A stretch of 64,000 nt of DNA from the human T2T-CHM13v2.0 reference genome, Homo sapiens. The translations under genes were made by a program, and so were the position numbers. Of this stretch, positions 16,869 through 37,283 are shown in pieces. The notes under the pieces were generated by a model that searched no databases, was not told where the DNA came from, and saw only the letters and a list, made by a program, of their open reading frames with translations. How positions within the stretch are numbered: position 1 is the first letter of the stretch; each line of letters opens with the position of its first letter. The stretch lies in the NCBI RefSeq assembly GCF_009914755.1, contig NC_060925.1, one strand, 5' to 3'.

Positions 16869-17048
16869 GCAGTGGTTATCAAAGTACGGTCCTCTGAACA
16901 GAATAATCGGTATCAGCTAAGAACCTATCAGGAAATCAAGTTCCTGGACTCCACCCCCGACTAACTGTATCAAAGACTCTGGGGATGAAGCCCAGCAATC
17001 TGCATTCTAATGCACCCTTCAAATGATTCTCACGCACACTAAAGTTTT
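16869..17048 (+). mobile_element. MER5A (hAT-Charlie)
   Basis: cagtggtt..caaagt..ggtcc...cccagcaatctg...cacactaaagttt. Confidence 0.75.
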
Positions 17049-17445
17049 ACATTATCTATTAGCAGGAAGAGAAGTGTTGACCTGGTTTTAAAGTCCCGAA
17101 GGGCTGCCTAACAATCCTATCAGAAAGTGCAATACAGAAATACAAACAAATCCTTCAGTCACTCTGGAGTTTTAAACAAATGCCCTTATGAAGAAACTTT
17201 CAGATCTAACTTGTTTCCATGGACAATAGACAAGCAGTACTCCAAAATGAGGGAGGAATAGAGTGAGGTAGAGATTGAAAAACTACTTATTGAGTACTAT
17301 GTTTACTATTTGGGTGATTAGTTCAACAGAAGCCCAAACTTCAGTATTAAGCAATATATCCAGTAACAAACTTGCACATGTACCCCTGAATCGAACAACA
17401 ACGTCAAGAAGAACACAACTTGCTTGAAAATCAAGCCAAAAAAAA

Positions 17446-23050
<5,605 letters not shown>

Positions 23051-23132
23051 GCAAGCATATATTACTTTTAAAATTAACAAAATGACTAACAGCAATAAAA
23101 GATATTTTTTCAGTTTCCTTTAATGTTCTTAC

Positions 23133-23252
23133 CTGCAAGGCTTTTTCCTTTTCATTTGTCAGTTCCTGAGAATGCTTGTTTGTCAAGGCTGCTGTATGTG
23201 ACGCCCATTCATTCCGTAACTTATCTAATTCTTGTTTTTTTTCTGCTAATGT
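23133..23252 (-). CDS. SASS6: SASS6 exon 7 ([16 protein letters not shown]...EKALQ), coiled coil
   Basis: AG/GT flanks, 120 nt. Confidence 0.94.
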
Positions 23253-23653
23253 CTACATTAGAGTTTAACACAAAATATTAAGATAGGCTCCTTAATATGT
23301 AATAATTTTGATTAGAATATAGCAATATTTACAAGGATATTAAAGAAAACAAAATTATAGCTTTTCAGGACATGTTCAAAGCCTTTTCCTACACAAAATT
23401 TTTTAATTTTAGGAAATCAACATTAGAATAAGAACAATCTTAGACCCAAAACGGCCCACAGGTCAAGATTAACTATCTTTTAATTAAAGCTTTTAATTAA
23501 ATCTGGCTCTTTACCACCCAATAAAGAGGGGTAAGGGGAAGCAAGTCGATTATAAGGAATAGTTCACTTACATATAAAACCCAGTAACATGGCCCTGTGG
23601 GCCACATTGTGCAGGGGTATTTTCTGCATGAGGCCATGCAGATTATCAGATAC

Positions 23654-24048
23654 CGATATAGTTAGGATGTCTGTCCCCTCCAAGTCTCATGTTCAAATGT
23701 AATCCCCAACAGAGGAGGCAGGGCCTGTGGTAGGTGATTGGATCATGGGAATGGTTTAGTGCCATTCCCTTGGTGTTAAGCAAGTTCTCATTCAGTTAGT
23801 TCATATGAGATCTGGATGTTTAAAAGCATGTGGTACCTCCTTCCTCCCACCCTCACCATGTGACACTCCTGCTCCCCTTTGCCTTCAGCCATGACTGTAA
23901 ACTTCCTCAGGTCCCCACTAGAAGCCAAGCAGATGTTGGTGCCATGCTTGTACAGCCTACAGAACAATGAACCAATTAAATCTCTTTTCTTTATAAATTA
24001 CCCAGCTTCAGATAGTTCTTTAAAGCAAAGCAAGAACAAGCTAAAACA
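23654..24048 (+). mobile_element. MST-family (ERVL-MaLR) solo LTR
   Basis: (t/c)gatatagtt...ctaaaaca termini; perfect 5-bp TSD gatac at 23649-23653 / 24049-24053. Confidence 0.85.
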
Positions 24049-24508
24049 GATACTCTGGCCTTCAATTTCATGAACTAGGGCAGAAATGTTGTAGCTATGA
24101 CTGAAATGATGCTAAGCCTATCAGAGGAATTAATTCTAAACATAGCAAAGAAAGGGAAAGGTTTAGAGCATAGGAACTGAAAAGCCATTTAGGCCAGAGG
24201 AATGAGGCGAACAAGTGGGGAGTGGAGAACTAATATATGACAGAAACATACATATCTTATTTAATGAAGACTCGAGGGAACATGTTATATATTGGGGATA
24301 CAGAAATGTTTGTGTAAAATCAAGTATGTACAAGAGAAAGTATCAAATTAAGATAATTAAGTGGTAGTTGAAGGGTGGCAAAGAGGAATGGAAATTCAAC
24401 GGAAGCATGCTTTGAAAGAAAATACATAAAAGCTTGGAACTGAGTCAAGGAAGCAATTCAGTGCCAATGTCTGGATGACTTACAAAGACAAAATGAAATT
24501 TGAATTAC

Positions 24509-24574
24509 CTTTCGTGTAAAGTCCAGTTGCTTAGTAGCATCATCTAGTGATTGCATCAATGATAATTTTTCTTC
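24509..24574 (-). CDS. SASS6: SASS6 exon 6 ([22 protein letters not shown])
   Basis: AG/GT flanks, 66 nt. Confidence 0.94.
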
Positions 24575-24837
24575 CTATTCATAAAAATAATAAAATTACA
24601 CAGTTTACAATGTAATCATCTATAGCCATGCTACTCAAAGTATAGCATCAGCATCATCCTGGAAGCCTGTTAGAAATGCAGATTCTTAGGCTCCATCTCA
24701 AATCTAAATCATTTTAACAAGATCCCCAGATAATTTAAAGTTTGACATGCACTGATCTATAGCATTTGACTAGAAAGACTCTAAAAACTCAAGCAGCATC
24801 CCTATGTTGTTTCCTTGTGCCATATAGCACTTTATAA

Positions 24838-25220
<383 letters not shown>

Positions 25221-25492
25221 CTACCAGTTGATGAAACCATGACAGAAGAGTTTAAGTGACCTGTCCAAAATCACACGATTGGTAAAAACCCTGAGACCTA
25301 AGCTTCTCAATTCCTGGTCCAGATCCATCCCGACTATACCTTGACTAAATAAGAAACAGTAAAATAAATTCGTTATATTTCATAAAACTTTATTTAGAAA
25401 ACAAAAACTTATGGCAATGTATCTCTTCAATAATTTATCAAAGACCATTGATACTTATTTTGTTAAAAGAATAACTTAAATTTAAATCTTAC

Positions 25493-25664
25493 CTTGCTAC
25501 ATTTCAAACAGCCTGCGAGAAATTTCTTTATCTCCACATCATTTCCAGGTAAAAGTTTTAGTGAGAGGTGTGTAAGATGCTTAAAAGGATTTGTCTCTAC
25601 CACATTTAAAAATGCAGGTGAGTTATCCAAAATAGCTGCTGGAGAAACTAACTGTAGCAAAAAC
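25493..25664 (-). CDS. SASS6: SASS6 exon 5 (FLLQLVS...[15 protein letters not shown]...KCSK)
   Basis: Within ORF 25463..25696; head-dimerisation loop ETNPFKHL; 172 nt. Confidence 0.96.
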
Positions 25665-26494
25665 CTTTGAAAAGAAAATGTTACATTATAACACACTTAA
25701 GAGATAGTGAAAATCTCTCACTGAATCAGAAGCTTCTCTACTTAAGAAAGCTCAGGAAAGGGAGCACATTGAGGACTCCCAATGGTAAAAGATAAATTGG
25801 GCAAAAAACAGAAAAGATTGACTGAAACACAGTGACTACATAAAAGTCCATGAGTTCATGAGAAACAAATGAGAGAAAAAGCAAAAACTAGAAACAAAAA
25901 TTCACTGAGTGCCACAAAAGTAGACTACCAGCTCTTTACTCTAAAAATTGACAATTTAAATGCAAGAATTAAGCATTTATCCTTTATGAATTTTCTGAGT
26001 AATCAAATAGCCCTAATTGCTGAGGAAAAGTTCTTCTTTATAGAAGAATTATACTTAATATAGAAAAAATTATACAGAAGCATCATTTTGTTCTTCCTAA
26101 TGAAATAACTGATTCAACAACAATCGTCAACTGATAAAACCAATAAATAAAAGGTTGATGGTGAACTTTACAGTAAAAGAATCAGGCGTTAGCACCATAC
26201 ACACATACAATCTTAGTCTTCCCTTTTTCCAATATCATTATAAAACCAAATATTTGATGCTGCTAAATATTTCGGATGACTTTAGTGCCTTTGTCAAGAC
26301 ATGAAAATTAAGAAATATTTCTGATTTTAATCAAGATGCCTTAAAGTCTGAGATTTAATGGAGGCCTAACCCCAGTTCTAAAAATAAACAGGGATAGTCA
26401 TAATAAACGGAAAAGATTTTGCCATCAACTTGTGTTTCAAAGAAGAGTCTGTCTTGAATTAAATTTAATAATGTAGCATTCTCATGCAACTTAC

Positions 26495-26599
26495 CTTGGA
26501 ATTTCTTTGGCATGTTCTTGAGTACATTGCTGAAGGAGATCTATAAATTTTTGTGGGAAAGCTAAGAAGTCTACCAGAAGACCTTGCTGGAATTTTAAA
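26495..26599 (-). CDS. SASS6: SASS6 exon 4 ([25 protein letters not shown]...)
   Basis: AG/GT flanks, 105 nt, in frame. Confidence 0.96.
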
Positions 26600-26644
26600 C
26601 TATACAGAAGAAAGGAAAAGAAATTTTTTAAAAATTTTAATTAA

Positions 26645-26967
<323 letters not shown>

Positions 26968-27326
26968 ATTACTATCTTTAATTATAATTAGCATCCTGAA
27001 GGATTCTTTTTTCAAATTTACTAACGCTTGTTATAATCAAGAACTAAGCTAAGGAACTCTGATTTTTATAGAACGTATTCAATGGGAAAAAAAAATCAAT
27101 AAATTCAGCAAAAGCTTCAAACTTCACAGGTGTTTTAAGCAGAATTCTAATAACCCACAAAATATTTATTTTCCAAAACACCCTAAGTAAAGATAGTACA
27201 AATAGCCCAATATTCCCAAAGTAACTAAATCTAATATGTAGGTATGTGTTTGAAAGAGAACAGTACCAATAAAACTTAGAAACTTATTTTTTCACTAAAT
27301 ATAAGATCAGAAAAAAATTTAGTTAC

Positions 27327-27406
27327 CTTTGAAAATCTTCCTCAGATATAACAAGGTTATATAAAAAAAATGGATCCGTGTCATCAGTCAGACGAATAAC
27401 TAAGTC
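27327..27406 (-). CDS. SASS6: SASS6 exon 3 (DLVIRLTDDTDPFFLYNLVISEEDFQ), PISA motif
   Basis: AG/GT flanks, 80 nt; conserved SAS-6 head motif, Ile62 codon intact. Confidence 0.96.
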
Positions 27407-28509
27407 CTAAAAGAAAGTTTGTTGTTTTTAAATGTTTTTACTAGATCTGGCCTTTTGAGTAATTTCTTCTCAGAAGTAAAGAAATCCAACAACATCAGTG
27501 TATCATAGTTATATTGCAGACAGCTTTGTTTTCTAGTGCTGCTGGTTTTTTATTAGTCTTTAGAGAGTTAGAATCTTAAATAGGGGTAGACATTCCGCTC
27601 TTTAAAAGCCACATGGAGGTCTGTAAAAGTTAAGCAAGTGCTAGGAGTTGAAAGTTTAGGAATATCCTCCTATCAGAGGCTTGGGGAAATTTAGACCCAG
27701 TCCTTGCTACACCATAACATGATGAAAATTTTCTTTACCACTGAACATACCACATTCAATTTTATTTTTAGTTTCCTTAAAGTTAACTGGTATGGCATTT
27801 CAAAAGTGGCAAATATATCAGCAGAACTGACAATAATCCACACTAGAAAAAAGAGCTTCTGTCTCTCAGAAGACCAGGGTATCAGGTAACACGTTGCCAG
27901 GCTTCTTCCAAAGAGCCTATTCTCTCCTAGGCCAGGTGGCCACTGATATGGAAGCCCAACTGTTTTCAGTCTCAAATGAAGTAAGTACCTTTCATAAAGA
28001 TCACTTTCCAGGTAGCTACGTGTACATAGTGTGGGAGACCATCATAACAGCTAGAGCTCACAAAAAGTACACCAAAATTATGTACCAGAGAACACTGGTG
28101 AAAGAAAAACAGCATTAGTTACAAGATGATGTAAAACTAATAAAGAACTGGGCATTAAGGTTAAGAATTCATTTGAAATAAAATCTCTACTCATGTCTAC
28201 TGAGGAAATGCTAAGATCCTAGAAAAATCTAAACCACTTATGCACCAAGCTAGAAAATGAAGAGGTACAGCAGGCATAAGGAATAACATGTAAGAAGTAT
28301 AATATATCATCTCTACTTTGGAAAATTAGTAATTTAGGCACCTGCTCTGCCTCAGAATGCCTTGTTCTTAAGCAGCTTCTATTTAAGTACTTCCTGAAAT
28401 TCACCCAGGATGCTACTTAAAAAACCAAAGGTACTATTAATACTACTAGGTCCTTGAATGTGTTCAGGGAAAGCTATGGCACACAGAAAACAGATGCTAT
28501 ATTTCAGTG

Positions 28510-28797
28510 TTTTTTGACATGGGGTCTCGCTCTGTCGCCCAGTCTAGGTTGCAGTGGCACCCTCACAGCTCACTGCAGCCTCAACCTCCCAGTCTCAAGT
28601 GATCCTTCCACCTCAGCCTCTCAAGTAGATGGAACTACAGGAGTGTGCCACCACATTCAGCTAATTTGTGTATTTTTTTGTAGAGATGGGATTTCACCAT
28701 GTTGCCTACACTGGTTTCAAACTCCTGGCTCAAGCAATCTGCCTACTTCAGCCTCCCAAAGTGCTGGGATTACAGGTGTGAGGCACTGCCCTTGGCA
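28510..28797 (-). mobile_element. AluJ (minus)
   Basis: Reverse dimer. Confidence 0.85.
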
Positions 28798-28825
28798 CAG
28801 ATGCCGTATTTCTTAGTTCTCTGTT

Positions 28826-29160
28826 CCAGTGGCCCCCAACCTTTTTGGCACTAGAAACCAGTTTTGTAGAAGACATTTTTCCAAGAATTAGGGAGTGAAG
28901 GATGGTTTCAGGATGAAACTTCCACCTCAGATCAGCCATTAGATTCTCATAAGGAGCATACAGCTGAGATCCCTTGCATGTACAGTTCACAATAGGGTTT
29001 GCACTCCTATGAGACTCTAATGCCACCACTGATCTGACAGGAGGTGGATCGTAGGAGGTTACACTCGCTTCCCTGCCTGCCACTCACCTCCTGCTGTGCA
29101 GCCTGGCTCCTAACAGGCCACAGACCGTACCAGTAAGTGGCCAGGGGGTTGGGGACCCCT
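28826..29160 (+). mobile_element. MER1B (hAT-Charlie)
   Basis: TIRs cag.gg.ccccaacc ... ggttggggacccct. Confidence 0.85.
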
Positions 29161-29336
29161 CCTCTATTCTATATCCTTAGTTCTGTTAATGACTCACACT
29201 TTTGAAGGTTATATGAGACTGATACTCTAAATGCCTCTCTTCAAAACGTAAAGTAAAAGATTCACAAATATCTCCCTGCAGTACTTCGGTTTATTGTTTT
29301 TACATTTATACCATGAAATGCCAATTCTACAAGGCA

Positions 29337-29339
<3 letters not shown>

Positions 29340-29371
<32 letters not shown>
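29340..29371. repeat. (TG)16 microsatellite followed by AT-rich low complexity
   Basis: Direct reading. Confidence 0.95.
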
Positions 29372-29374
<3 letters not shown>

Positions 29375-29515
29375 ACCAACAGCAATAAAATATATTTTTA
29401 TATATATGTTATTATATATATATAATATGCAACTTCTAAGTGCACTGGGCAAATCTAAGGAGAATGTCACCCCACCCCACAATTTTTCACGTATGTTTTA
29501 GAAATATATGGTATA

Positions 29516-29805
29516 GGCCGGGCACAGTGGTTCAAGCCTGTAATCTCAGCACTTTGGGAGGCCGAGGTGGGCAGATCACAAGGTCAAGAGATCGAGACCA
29601 TCCTGGCCAACATGGTGAAACCCCGTCTCTACTAAAAATACAAAAATTAGCTGGGCGTGGTGGTGCATGCCTGTAGTCCCAGCTACTTGGGAGGCTGAGG
29701 CAGGAGAATTGTTTGAACCCGGGAGGTGAGTGAGCCGAGATCGTGCCACTGCACTCCAGCCTGGTGACAGAGCAAGACTCCATCTCAAAAAAAAAAAAAA
29801 AAAAA
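29516..29805 (+). mobile_element. AluSc-like
   Basis: Dimer; TSD agaaatata(tg/ta)gtata. Confidence 0.88.
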
Positions 29806-29997
29806 GAAATATATAGTATAATTATCCTTCAGTTGTTGTCTCAGTAGATTCCACCACCCTTGATTTCCAACAGTTGCAAAATAGCCTAAAATGTAAAAGC
29901 AAAATAAATGCAATAAAAGATGTCACATTCTTAAAGAACAAAACTAATTGTCTACAATGTACCGAAATGATATTTCAAAAAAGGACTAAATACCAAC

Positions 29998-30058
29998 CTT
30001 TCTGTGAACTGGATTAGAAACTGATTGTAGTTCAATGCTCATTCTTATACTTACTCTC
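29998..30058 (-). CDS. SASS6: SASS6 exon 2 (RVSIRMSIELQSVSNPVHRK)
   Basis: AG/GT flanks, 61 nt, phase continuous with exon 1. Confidence 0.95.
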
Positions 30059-30611
30059 CTGTAGGAAAAGACATACCCAACCATCAGAAACATTCACACG
30101 AAATGAGTTATCACTATCATTTGTATTAAGTTTTCAGTCTTAAGTGACAAGACTTTCCACAGGTGTTCTCTAACTTATGAACAGAAGTTTGAAAAGCACA
30201 CCGGATTTGAAGCTTAATTTCTTCTTGTTCCACTAGTGAGTAATCTAGCAGTGTTTAACCTAAAACTAAATTTTTCTCACCTGTAAAATGGGGATATCGT
30301 GAGGATTAAATGAAATAAACACTGTGGAGTGCCTAGCACTAGCCTGATATATGACTTTGCGGCCCTGATTGTAAAGTAACATCTATTGAAAGACAAACCA
30401 TCAATTTAGTAACTTTTCAACTGTAAAATGGGGATGTTTTGAGGATTAAATGAGGTAAGAACCTCATATACCCTTACTGCCCTGATTCTAAAATAACATC
30501 TAGAAAGACAAACCACCAATTTAGTAACAACTTTTCACATTAAAAAATTACCATGTCATGTAATCAAACTGATTAATGAGAGACTGATTGCATTTTAAAA
30601 ACTTAGTATGT

Positions 30612-30913
30612 GGCCCGTCGCAGTGGCTCACACCTGTAATCCTGGCACTTTGGGTGGCTGAAGCAGGCAGATCACTTGAGGTCAAGAGTTGGAGACCAGC
30701 CTGTTAACACGGCAAAACCTCATCTCTACAAAAAATACAAAAACAAGCCAGGCGTGGTGGCACCCACCTGTAGTCCCAGCTATTTGGGAGGCTGAGGTTG
30801 GAGAAATGCGGAACCTGGTAGGCAGAGGCTGCAGTGAGCCAATACTGCACCACTGCACACCAGCCTGGGCAACAGAGACCCTGTCTCAAAAAATAAAATA
30901 AAATAAAATAAAA
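30612..30913 (+). mobile_element. AluJ
   Basis: Dimer; TSD taaaaactta(g/a)tatgtg. Confidence 0.85.
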
Positions 30914-32068
30914 ACTTAATATGTGAAGCGATATTAGAATGCTTTGAATGTTTAAAATCAAGGAAATAACATATTCCCTACATTTATTCATACAAAAACG
31001 TATTTTCACATCCACGAATTAAATCTGCTTAATATATTCTTTATGTAATAAAACCACAGAAGTATTATCAACAAGTTTATTACACCTATTTTATCCTTGA
31101 GTAAAGTAACTTTAAGCCCTGAGAGGGAGAGACCACAGTGTTCCACATCCTATGCTGTATCTTAGAGAATCCAGAATTGGACAGAGGTATATAGGTGAAA
31201 GTGCTCATAAACGTTAATCAAATAGAGCACAAATGCTTATATAATTCAGAAAATAAAGGGAGAAATTAGTAAAAAATACCTATGCACAAGTACTTCTCAA
31301 ACTATTCTGCCAGAATTAAATAACAATGGCCTTTCTTTGATGTGCAGGTAGAAAAAAGTAAACTAACAAATAGAATTTGTTCAATTTTAAGTTTTTCTTC
31401 TAAGGACTTCTTTTAAACCTTTTCCACACTATTGCTTATCTACTACACAAGTAAAAAGTACAAACAGCAATTGAGTACTGATAGAAAAACTTGGAAACAG
31501 TTGATCAAGGCTAGATTCAATTGTTTAGATTTTTTAATGCTGACTTGTAATTTTATATGGGTTTAAAATGTGTCATTTTAGTTAAGTTTCTTGTTGAACT
31601 ATGATTGGATGCTAAATCTCCGTTTGTACAATAAGGTTAAATGTTACCTCATAACTTGTATCTGTTTTCTGAAAAGGAACAAGAAGCACTGGTTTACACC
31701 AGAGAGAGGAAGAATTATTTTCAAAACAAGAGAATACACTGTTGCTATTTTTCTAGTATCTAAAGCAACATATGTGAAACAGATTAGAGTGTTACTCCAA
31801 TTCCATTTAAGCTTTCCTGAGCTGGGCACAGTGCCTCCCACCTGTAGTGCTGGCTACTTCAGAGGCTGAGGCAGGAGGATAGCTTGAGCCCAGGGGTTCA
31901 AGTCCAGTCTGGGCAACACAGCAAGATTAAGCTTTCGTGGTGGGGTGGGGGAGGGGGGGACTCAGTTTCCGAACTTGTAAGATAAGTGGATTCAACTAGA
32001 AGGTTTGTGAAAACCTTTTTAGCTCTACATCATTATGTTTGGTTTTCATCTTCTGAAGTTTTCTCTAG

Positions 32069-32451
<383 letters not shown>

Positions 32452-33040
32452 GGTGTTTTACGGTTTTAAAAGTCCTGTCATACTTCATATATTTGCAAAA
32501 AGTACAAGAAGAATTCACTTATCAAAGTGTTCTTTACATAATCCTGGAAGAGTTATATTACTATGACAATTTACCAATCATATTAATGATATTGTTGCAT
32601 ATATTCCAAATGCCTATATACATTAGATGTTGAAAGAAAAAACGGAAGGCCTGTAAGTTAAACGAATTCCCCATGCTTAGTTAAAAAACATCCCTAGAAA
32701 TATGCTGTAGAAAAATACAAGCTTTCAGAGGATACGCTAACTAAAATCACAAATCTTATTTTTTCCCTTATAATGGTTAATGTCATAAGAGCAATATAAA
32801 ACAATAAAAACTCAATAAAATGTTATTTCTCATCTCAATAGATGTCGTACTCAATAGATGTCTAATACTAATGACATTAGATTTAGTTATGAGTTCTTCT
32901 AAATAAAAAGTATTCTAAACATCAGGCTTGCTTTAGCACAACTGGATTCTAGGCCATCTCTGACACCCAGTAGCTGTGCTCTTAAACTATCAATCAAACA
33001 AATAAAAGGTACTTTAAGCCAGGTATTGTGCCAGGTGCTA

Positions 33041-33370
<330 letters not shown>

Positions 33371-34499
33371 ATTTTTGAACATAGGTGACACAAACAAAAC
33401 AAAACAAAAAAAACCATGGTCTCTGTCCTCAAATTGAGATGAGATTAATGACTTTTTGCTAGATTTGCTTCTGATTGCATTTTAGGGCTCCATGAGAGGG
33501 GAGGGAAGGGTTACCAACACTACTGAGTACCTGCCAGGTATTCTACATATATCATCTTATTTAACAATAATCTTGATAAGTAAATATTATTTATTTTACA
33601 AAAGAAGAACTTAAGGCCCAAATAATGGTTTAAGGTCACATTACAGAGCCCAAATGAAAACTCAGATCTTTCACCTACACCACACTATCTAATAACTGAA
33701 TAATGGCAATTCATTTCAACTTAGGCAACTTTGAAGGGTCCTTATAGTGAAAGGATTTAAGACATACCTGAAAGTTATGAAAGAAAAAAGCATTTGAGGC
33801 ACAAGGAACAGCAGGGGTAATAGTATAGAATGAGTATCAGGTATATTCAGAAGGTAACAAGAATGCTTGTATGACTTTCATATTGGAGAGATAAGCTTAG
33901 GAAACAAAACTGAAAAGGCAGATTAGTGTCAAATCATGGGTTCCAAAATTTTGCATAATTTTCCACCAGATGAAGTTCCCTGATCATTACCACTGTCCTC
34001 AACTGAATTTCCTTCTTCTCTGACTTTAGTGTACTTATATTACTTTATGCATTTGTCACACATTAATACCTAAAATTTAGTGAACATTTATTATGCTCTA
34101 GTCACTGTTGTAAGCAGTTCATATGTATAATTCATTCCATTCTCATAATACCATGAAGTAGGTACTGTTATTACCATCAACTTAAAGATGAGACACAGAG
34201 AAGGAAATTGTACAAGATCTGTCAGTAAGTGGAAGAACTGGGACTTAAACCCAGGCAATCTGGCTCCAGAGCCTGAACTCCTAATCTGTGCTATGGTGCC
34301 TGTTCAAGGAAAATCTTATTTCCCCTATTAAAATGTGAGTTCCTTGAGGGACAGAATGAAAAGAGGTTTTTGTTGGCTTTTGTTGTTGTTGGGGACGGAG
34401 AGGGGGGTGCGTATTTACATCCTCCACACTTAGGACAGTTCCTGAGACACAGCAGACATTTGCCAGTATTTGTTGAGCTGAACTGGCCTCAAATACTCA

Positions 34500-34820
<321 letters not shown>

Positions 34821-34862
34821 AGAGAGAGAAAGAGAGAGAGTCTGGGTTGTTCTTCCTATAGG

Positions 34863-35075
34863 TCAAGGATCACCAAATTATTCTGTAAAGGGCCAGATAG
34901 CAAATATTTTAGGCTTTGCGGGCCATAAGGTCTCTGTCACAATTACTCATCTCTGCCCTTCCTGTGCAAAAGCAGCTACAATATGTAAACAAATGAGCAT
35001 GGCTGTGTTCCAAGAAAAGTTTATTTACGAAAACAGTGAGCCAACTGGCCCATGTGCTCCAGTTTGCTGACCCCT
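34863..35075 (+). mobile_element. MER58A (hAT-Charlie)
   Basis: tctgtaaagggccagatag..aatattttaggctttgcgggcc...gtttgctgacccct. Confidence 0.85.
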
Positions 35076-35234
35076 ATTATACAGATAATAGGAATATATT
35101 AAAGGTTTCTAAGCAGAGAAATTGAGTTTTTAGATTAACTGTGATGGCAATGTAACCAGAAAGAGACCATCTAGGAGTTTCCATATTGAAACCAAAGTCA
35201 TGGCCTCCTTTATCTTTCTATAATCATTCTAAAA

Positions 35235-35740
35235 CAGTGTTGTCCAATGGAGATACAATGTAAGCCACAAATGTGAGCCAGGTATGTAATTTTAATTTTT
35301 TTCTTTTTCTTTTTTTTTTTTCAGAGACAGGATCTCGCTCTATCACCCAGGCTGGAGTACAGTGGCACAAATAGTAGCTCACTGTAACCTCAAGCTTAGG
35401 CTCAAGCAATCCTCCTGTCTTGGCCTCCTAAAGTGCTGGGACTACGGGTGTGAGCCACCATACCTAGCCTACTTTTAAATTTTCTAGAAGTCACATTTTA
35501 AAAAGACTTTTAAAAGCAGGTGAAATTAATTTTAATAATACATTGTATTTAACCCAATATACCCAAAAATATTGCCATTTAACACATAATATAAAAATTG
35601 ACATATTTTACATTCTTTTTTCATAGTAAGTCTTAAAAATCCAACGTGCATTTTCATATGTAAAGCACAACAATTCAGATAAGCCCCATTTCAAATGTCT
35701 AATAACCACATGTGGCTAGTGGCTACCATACTGGACAGCA
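35235..35740. mobile_element. MER33 interrupted by an Alu monomer (35296-35469, minus)
   Basis: cagtgttgtccaat...gtggctagtggctaccatactggacagca. Confidence 0.75.
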
Positions 35741-35937
35741 TTAAAAGAATGATCAACTAAACCTACAGATCTCCATATGCAGCTGCTGGTTTTGGGACCA
35801 TCTCCTTGACCGGCTTGCCATTGATTTTTGACCGAATTCTGAACTATATATACTACAGTTTGACATTACTGGCAACTCAATAAGGCAATGTCTTCATTTT
35901 TTATGTTACATTTGTACACCACTTAGTTTTCACATAC

Positions 35938-36022
35938 GATTTCACACCTGATCCTCATTACAAACACGTGAATACGCAAAAGATTTCACACCTGATCCTC
36001 ATTACAAACACGTGAATACGCA
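35938..36022. repeat. Perfect 41-bp direct duplication with AAA spacer
   Basis: gatttcacacctgatcctcattacaaacacgtgaatacgca at 35938-35978 and 35982-36022. Confidence 0.95.
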
Positions 36023-36864
36023 TGTTATATCAGTTTTACAAATGAGGAAAGAACGTTCAGAGAAAAAAAGAGACAACCATTGAGTGTTAGAACTGAGAAA
36101 AAAAAAGTAAGTCTCCTGACCTCTGGTCAAATCTATTTACGCCCCAATAATACCACCTCCTTAATCAAAGTTGCACTTCTCTGTGCGACTGGTCTTTATT
36201 TCCTCCAGTGATTGTAAACTCCATGAAGAAAAGGACTGTTTTTCCTGACCACTGTATTCCCAGTGCCCAGTAAGGTGTTTTACAAGGAGGCAATATTTAT
36301 TGAATGAATTAATGACGTTTCTGCTTTTCTCATTTTTAGTCGGTTAAATGTAATTTACTTTTTTAAAGCAACTGATGTGAAGAGCCAAAGTACGCCACCA
36401 AATTGGTAGGTTTTTAAAAGTTGAACTTTACTGCCAACATACTTCAAAAGAGAACGAGGGGGAAAGGCTCGGAGCCAAGGCCTGAGTTCTAGTCCTGACC
36501 CTGCCATGAACTGGCTGTGAGCCCTCACGTAAATTTTTTTAACTTCTCTGGGCCAGAGTTCTTATCTGTCAAAAGGGAAGAGTAGGGCTATAATCTTCAC
36601 GATTCCGTGCACAGGTAGGGTTTTTGACATTAACTTGATGTGAGCCGGCTTCCTAACTCCTCACACCCTTCCTCCAGTCCCCTCTGCAACGGCCGACTTG
36701 GTGAGAGAGGTAACCACCGGGCCCTCTGGGTTCCCTATCCGCTTCCTAGGGGGGCCGACTCGACACCTAGGTGCAAGGTGGATCCCACGGGCCAGAACCG
36801 CCATCTTTCCCCATTGGCCTGACCCCAACCGCCACCCGCGGGCACTGGATGACGCGGACCTTAC

Positions 36865-36929
36865 CTCTCCTCACAGTCTTTGCATTTCACCTGCAACGGG
36901 ACTAGTTGGTGGAACAGCACTTGGCTCAT
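36865..36929 (-). CDS. SASS6: SAS-6 centriolar assembly protein, coding exon 1 ([22 protein letters not shown])
   Basis: gccaacATG at 36929; donor AG|gtaagg; recognised SAS-6 N-terminus. Confidence 0.97.
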
Positions 36930-37283
36930 GTTGGCTCGCTGCCTCGGCTGGTGTGCAGAAAAGCCCAACAGGCCCGGCCCTCGGGATTAGCCTGAGAGGT
37001 CCGGGTCCTGATAAAGTTTGAGTTTGGCGCTCGGCTTCTGCGGAGGAGGCGGGGAGGGAGAAACGAGGGGAAGGCGTAAGAGACTTGGCCCTCGCCAGCC
37101 ACCATCGGATTCTTCCGGTTCTGCGGAGGATAAAGGGAAGACGGTTGTGGTAGTTCCGGGTATTAACCTGTGTGGCGCGGGGGCTGAGGCAGCCATGTTT
37201 GTTAAGGGAAGGAGACCCGAAGGAAGCTTCTAACTTTTCTTCTGGTTGCCGGATGCTGGACACCGGAAGCGAGCCCTAGAATT

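Noticed and set aside
23479-23501. Near-palindrome tttaattaaagcttttaattaaa
   Set aside because: Short and AT-only; expected by chance or slippage.
31939-31959. G-rich run as a G-quadruplex element
   Set aside because: Isolated low-complexity tract next to an Alu monomer, with no supporting context.
36871-37263. 130-aa minus ORF and other ORFs across the promoter
   Set aside because: Starts at GTG, out of frame with SASS6, and expected by chance in stop-poor GC-rich DNA.
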